Below are positions 59,838-64,000 of a stretch of DNA of 64,000 nt, piece after piece. Source of the stretch: an uncultured Gemmatimonadales bacterium (GTDB taxonomy: Bacteria; Gemmatimonadota; Gemmatimonadetes; Longimicrobiales; RSA9); NCBI GenBank assembly GCA_963783305.1, contig CAWAMW010000007.1, forward strand, positions 576,001-640,000, read 5' to 3'. Within the stretch, counting starts at the first letter, position 1. Each line of letters begins with the position of its first letter. Position numbers and translations under genes: made by a program. The notes under the pieces are model-generated. The model was not told where the DNA came from and ran no database searches. It worked only from the letters and a program-made list of their open reading frames with translations.

Positions 59838-62561
59838 TCATCGTCCCGACCGCTCCGTGGTTTCGCTGTTCAACCGCTCCAGAAGGGACCGGAGCTCTTC
59901 CATGGTCCTGCCGTAGCCCGCCCAGTCCCCCTCCCGGAGCCGCGCCCCTGCGCGATCGAGCAGGTCGAGCGCCTCGCGGGGCCAGCCGGAACCGGTGCGG
60001 GGCGGCTCGGCACCCGCGGACGGGTCGGTGGGCTCCGCCAGATCGAGCCGCGCCAGCGCCCCCTGCAGCGTCCGTCCCATCCGCACCGTGCGGCCGTCGC
60101 TCACCACCACGCGCCAGAGCTCGGGAATCGGGTTTTCGTCGGCGCTCAGGAAGATCGGCTGGATGTACACCATGGAGCTGTCCAGCGCCACTACCCGGAG
60201 CCGCCCCATGTCCACGCCGCTCCCGCGCTGCCGGAGGAGCGACAGCTCCGGCGATATCTCCGGGTCCTGTTCGATCACCGCCTGCACCTGACCCGGCCCC
60301 GGGATCTGCTGGTCGCGGGGGAGCTCGAAGAGCGTCAGCTCACCGTAGTGCTCGCCGTCGTTCCGGGCCACCAGGACCGCCGTCATGTTCTGCCGCGCCC
60401 TGGCTATGAAGGGGATCACCGCCAGGAACTCCGCCCGATCGCGCATGGGCACGGGCAGGATCGCGTAGAGGGGGGCGTAGTCGCGGACGCCGCCGCGTCC
60501 CGTGGACTCCTGCGGCCGCTGCCAGACGTCCTGGCCCGCGTAGAACGGTTCGGGTCGCTCCAGGTGGTACTCCTGGAGGATCGCCGCCTGGGTCAGGAAC
60601 GCCAGCTCCGGATAGCGCAGGTGCTGGCGGATCTCCGGCGGCATGGCCTCCGCCGACTGGACCAGCCCCGGGAAGACGCGCCGGTACGTGGCCAGGATGG
60701 GGTCCTCCGCCACCGCGTAGATCGACACGGCGCCCGTGACCGCGTCCACCACCGCCTTCACCGACGCCCGCAGATAGCGAGTCTCGCCACGCCCGAGCGA
60801 GACCGATCGCGAGAGCGGATACAGCTCGGAGGTCGTGTAGCCGTCCACGACCCAGACGATGGCACCGTTCCGTATCACAGGGAGCGGATTCGCGTCCCAG
60901 GTGAGGAACGGCGCCACCTCCTGGAGCCGCTCGCGGACGGCGCGCCGGAAGATCAGACGGCTGTCCCGCGACACCTCGCCGCTGAAGAGCAGCGTCTCAT
61001 CGCCGAACTTCCACGCGAACGCCAGCACGCGGGCGAAGGAGCTGAGCGGGATCCCTTCCGGGAAATCGAACCCCGGCTGCCCCGTGAACGCTCCATCCCT
61101 GCCGGGCACGATGATGGCGTACCCTGTCATGGTCTCACCGAAGAACACACTGGGCCGCTCTAGGCCGAGGGAGGCGGGGGCAGCCGGGTCGATGGCGACG
61201 GGCTGGAGGTTCCGCACCCACAGCTCGGGCGCCGTGGCGTCCGTATCGGTGACGCGGGCCAATGCCACCACGGCGCCGAGGCCTCGGATATAGGAGGGGT
61301 TCAGGCGCAGGCTCTGCCAGGTCCGGGCGGCCGGATCGAGCCCGTCCGCCCGGAACTCCCGCACGCCGATCCCCACTTGCCGCTCGCGGCCCTGCTCGCC
61401 GTACCGATCGAAATCGACGCCCGGGAACCAGTAGTAGGGGAAGAGCGACTGGATCTCGTTGAACGTGCGCTCCAGGGGTTCCCGGTCCCAGAGCGGCAGC
61501 CGGTCGAGGAGGGGCTGGAGCCGGCCCGGCTCGGGGCGGGCATCGCGCCGATACGGGAAACGCTCGCGCGCCAGCTCGTCCAGGCCGTACGCGCGACGTG
61601 TGAACTCCAGGTGCCAGGCGATGAAGCGGGCCTCCCGGCTCAACTCGTTGGGCTCGACCTGGAACTTCTGCACGAGCACCGGATACCCCGTCGTCGCGAC
61701 GAGCCCCGCCACCAGCAGCGCCCCGAGTCCCAGCACCGGCGGAAGCAGCACGTTGCGCCACGCGCCGTACACCACCGACCCGGCCGCCCCGAGCGTGAGC
61801 ACGGCCATGAGCCAGTACATGGGAAGCCGCGCCTCCACGTCGGTGTATCCGAGGCTGCCGGCCACGCCCGTCCCGTCCACCAGGAGGAAGTAGCGCCCCA
61901 GCCAGTACCGGATCCCCAGCAGGATCAGAAGGGCGGCCACGAGCAGGCCCAGGTGCTGGCGCGCGGGTCGGCTGAAGGACAGCTCGCGCTCCGACCACTG
62001 GATCCCGCCCACCAGCACGTGGGCGAGCCCCACGAGCGCGATGCTCCAGACGGCCACCAGGATCAGGTAGCCCAGCAGAGCGGCCAGGACGGGGAGAGCG
62101 AATACGTAGAAAGCGATGTCGCGCCCGAACAGCGGGTCCGCGACGTTCCACGGCACATGCCGAATCCAGCTCGCCACCGAAAGCACCATGGCGTCGCCGA
62201 ACTGAAGCTCCGCGAGCCACCAGCCGCTCAACCCGGCGATGGCCACGGCCGCCCAGAGCACGTAGTTCCGCGGGATCCGCTCGGCGATCTCCAGGTTCCC
62301 GTAGCGCCTGCGCACCCGGACGGGGCCGAGGTGCCGCGCCGCCCACCAGAGGTTGGCCCACACCAGCGCGCCCGCCAGCAGCGCCGCCACCGTACGGACC
62401 CCGAGCGCCAGCCAGAAGCGCGTCCAGTACGTCGAGAGGTAGCCGAGAGCGTCGTACCAGAGGATGTCCACGTAGAAGTCGACGGCGACGCGACCCAGCA
62501 CCAGGAGGAGCAGGGCCGCGCCGGCGACCGCCAGAAGGATCCGTCCGGCGCGTCGCTTCAT
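59838..62561 (-). CDS. UPF0182 family membrane protein
   Basis: D.LW...LGY, DPLFG.DI.FYVF.LP, GYTDV.A.LP, V.PNE...E..FI, RLPLWD, W.VDGYT, HLRYP. Start ATG 62561. Confidence 0.9.
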   Translation of the reverse strand: MKRRAGRILLAVAGAALLLLVLGRVAVDFYVDILWYDALGYLSTYWTRFWLALGVRTVAALLAGALVWANLWWAARHLGPVRVRRRYGNLEIAERIPRNYVLWAAVAIAGLSGWWLAELQFGDAMVLSVASWIRHVPWNVADPLFGRDIAFYVFALPVLAALLGYLILVAVWSIALVGLAHVLVGGIQWSERELSFSRPARQHLGLLVAALLILLGIRYWLGRYFLLVDGTGVAGSLGYTDVEARLPMYWLMAVLTLGAAGSVVYGAWRNVLLPPVLGLGALLVAGLVATTGYPVLVQKFQVEPNELSREARFIAWHLEFTRRAYGLDELARERFPYRRDARPEPGRLQPLLDRLPLWDREPLERTFNEIQSLFPYYWFPGVDFDRYGEQGRERQVGIGVREFRADGLDPAARTWQSLRLNPSYIRGLGAVVALARVTDTDATAPELWVRNLQPVAIDPAAPASLGLERPSVFFGETMTGYAIIVPGRDGAFTGQPGFDFPEGIPLSSFARVLAFAWKFGDETLLFSGEVSRDSRLIFRRAVRERLQEVAPFLTWDANPLPVIRNGAIVWVVDGYTTSELYPLSRSVSLGRGETRYLRASVKAVVDAVTGAVSIYAVAEDPILATYRRVFPGLVQSAEAMPPEIRQHLRYPELAFLTQAAILQEYHLERPEPFYAGQDVWQRPQESTGRGGVRDYAPLYAILPVPMRDRAEFLAVIPFIARARQNMTAVLVARNDGEHYGELTLFELPRDQQIPGPGQVQAVIEQDPEISPELSLLRQRGSGVDMGRLRVVALDSSMVYIQPIFLSADENPIPELWRVVVSDGRTVRMGRTLQGALARLDLAEPTDPSAGAEPPRTGSGWPREALDLLDRAGARLREGDWAGYGRTMEELRSLLERLNSETTERSGR

Positions 62562-62562
62562 G

Positions 62563-63933
62563 TCAGGGCGTGACGCCCTCGGTCTCCAGCCACCCTTCCA
62601 TGGTTTGCCGGATGCGCTCCAGCTGCTCCTCCGTCCGGGCCTCGTAGCGAAGCACCAGCACCGGCTGGGTGTTGGAGGCCCGGAGCAGCCCCCAGCCCCC
62701 ATCGAACAGAACCCGCGCACCGTCCACCGCGATCACTTCGTGATCCGCGGAGAAGTGCTTCACCGCCCGCTCCACGATCCCGAACTTCCGTTCCTCCGGT
62801 ACCTCGACGCGGATCTCGGGCGTCGACTGATACTTCGGGAACGCATCGATGAGCTCGGAGAACTGGCGATCGGAGCGCGCGAGCAGGTCCACGAGCCGGC
62901 AGGCGGCGTACGGCGCGTCGTCGAAGCCGTAGTAATCGTCGGAGAAGCAGATGTGACCGGAGAGCTCGCCGGCCACGGGCGCGCCCGTCTCCTTCATCTT
63001 CTCCTTGATCAGGGAATGGCCGGTCTTCCACATGAGAGGCGTGCCCCCCCGGGCCTGGAGCACCTCAGGCACCGCCTGCGAGCACTTCACGTCGAAGACG
63101 AGCGTCTGCCCCGTGCCGCTCTGGGCCATCACATCCAGTGCGAACATCAGGAGCAGCAGGTCGCCCCGGACGATCCGGCCGTTCTCGTCCACGGCCCCGA
63201 TCCGGTCGGCGTCTCCGTCGAAGCCCACGCCCAGCTCCGCACCCTCCTCCTTGACCGTGCGGATCAGGTCCACGATGTACTCGTCCACCGTGGGATCCGG
63301 ATGATGGTTCGGAAACGTGCCGTCCGACTCGCAGTAGAGCGGGATCACCTCGGCCCCGATGCCCTCCAGGAGCCGCGTCGCCACGAGGCTCCCCGCCCCG
63401 TTGCCGCAGTCCACCACCACCTTTACCGGCCGCGACAGCTCGAATCGTCCCACCACGTCGCCCACGTATTCATCGAGGACGTCACGCTCTTCCAGCGTCC
63501 CGACCCCGTCCGCATACGTCCCCTCCACGATCCGCCGCCTCAGTCGCTGGATCTGCTCGCCGAAGAAGGACTTGCCTCCCGCCAGCATCTTGAAGCCGTT
63601 GTACTCCGGCGGATTGTGCGACCCCGTGATCTGCATGCCGCCATCGGCGCCCAGACGCTGGACCGCCCAGTAGAGCACCGGCGTGGGGACCGTGTTGATC
63701 AGGACCACGTTCACGCCGGCCTTCCGGAGACCGTCCACCACCGCGGCGGCCAGGGTCGGCGAGCTGGGGCGGTTGTCGTGCCCCACGACGAGCGTCAGTT
63801 CGCGGCTCTCGTCCAGCGAGCGCAGCTCGCTGCCGAACGCCCGCCCGATCGATTCCGGGACGTCGCCGGACAGGTCGTCCGCCACGACGCCACGGATGTC
63901 GTATTCCCTGAAGATATGGTCGCTCAGCGCCAT
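62563..63933 (-). CDS. Phosphomannomutase/phosphoglucomutase (AlgC-like)
   Basis: FREYDIRG, TGSHNP, FDGDADR, GELSGH, RASNT.P. Confidence 0.95.
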   Translation of the reverse strand: MALSDHIFREYDIRGVVADDLSGDVPESIGRAFGSELRSLDESRELTLVVGHDNRPSSPTLAAAVVDGLRKAGVNVVLINTVPTPVLYWAVQRLGADGGMQITGSHNPPEYNGFKMLAGGKSFFGEQIQRLRRRIVEGTYADGVGTLEERDVLDEYVGDVVGRFELSRPVKVVVDCGNGAGSLVATRLLEGIGAEVIPLYCESDGTFPNHHPDPTVDEYIVDLIRTVKEEGAELGVGFDGDADRIGAVDENGRIVRGDLLLLMFALDVMAQSGTGQTLVFDVKCSQAVPEVLQARGGTPLMWKTGHSLIKEKMKETGAPVAGELSGHICFSDDYYGFDDAPYAACRLVDLLARSDRQFSELIDAFPKYQSTPEIRVEVPEERKFGIVERAVKHFSADHEVIAVDGARVLFDGGWGLLRASNTQPVLVLRYEARTEEQLERIRQTMEGWLETEGVTP

Positions 63934-64000
63934 TTCGTGCCTCAGTCCTCGTGGTTCGTTGAATCCATCAGTTAAAACGGCCCGAGCCCCGTTCTCGGGG

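Noticed and set aside
63942..64000. Possible 3' end of an upstream minus-strand gene, or a hairpin, at the window edge
   Set aside because: Too little sequence to distinguish the two.

Overview
GC-rich bacterial chromosomal window, core rather than accessory. Gene content and order are compatible with Gemmatimonadota or another FCB-group diderm (inference, not verified). Left arm, mostly + strand: an amino-sugar/peptidoglycan-recycling cluster (NagX-like, EEP lipoprotein, GH3 NagZ-like, BadF-type kinase), tRNA-Arg(CCT), TPM-NTase-LemA, a complete ccmABCDEFGH operon, lgt, a GntR regulator, tamA/tamB-like genes, a PQQ-dehydrogenase-like lipoprotein with a degenerate active site, and a YfgM-like TPR protein. 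At 25552-25579 lies a 28-bp dif-like XerCD site preceded by three tandem KOPS-like octamers. Gene orientation flips there, so the window probably spans the replication terminus. Right arm, mostly - strand: a glycosylation cluster with a YfhO-like GT-C, rpoN-lptBAC-kdsDCA-pyrG-kdsB, xerD, ispF, the fab/plsX/rpmF operon, a palindromic repeat element, ndk, an EIIA-CBS fusion, sucCD, carbamate kinase, UPF0182 and PMM/PGM. Most notable: the dif/KOPS architecture; enrichment of Bacteroidota-type D-(S/T)-hydrophobic O-glycosylation sequons in exported proteins near a GT-C cluster; the apparently inactive PQQ propeller between Omp85 and YfgM genes; LptB with an extra N-terminal domain; and sigma54-like promoters. 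No CRISPR array, transposase or prophage was seen. All family assignments come from motif recognition by eye, not from database searches.
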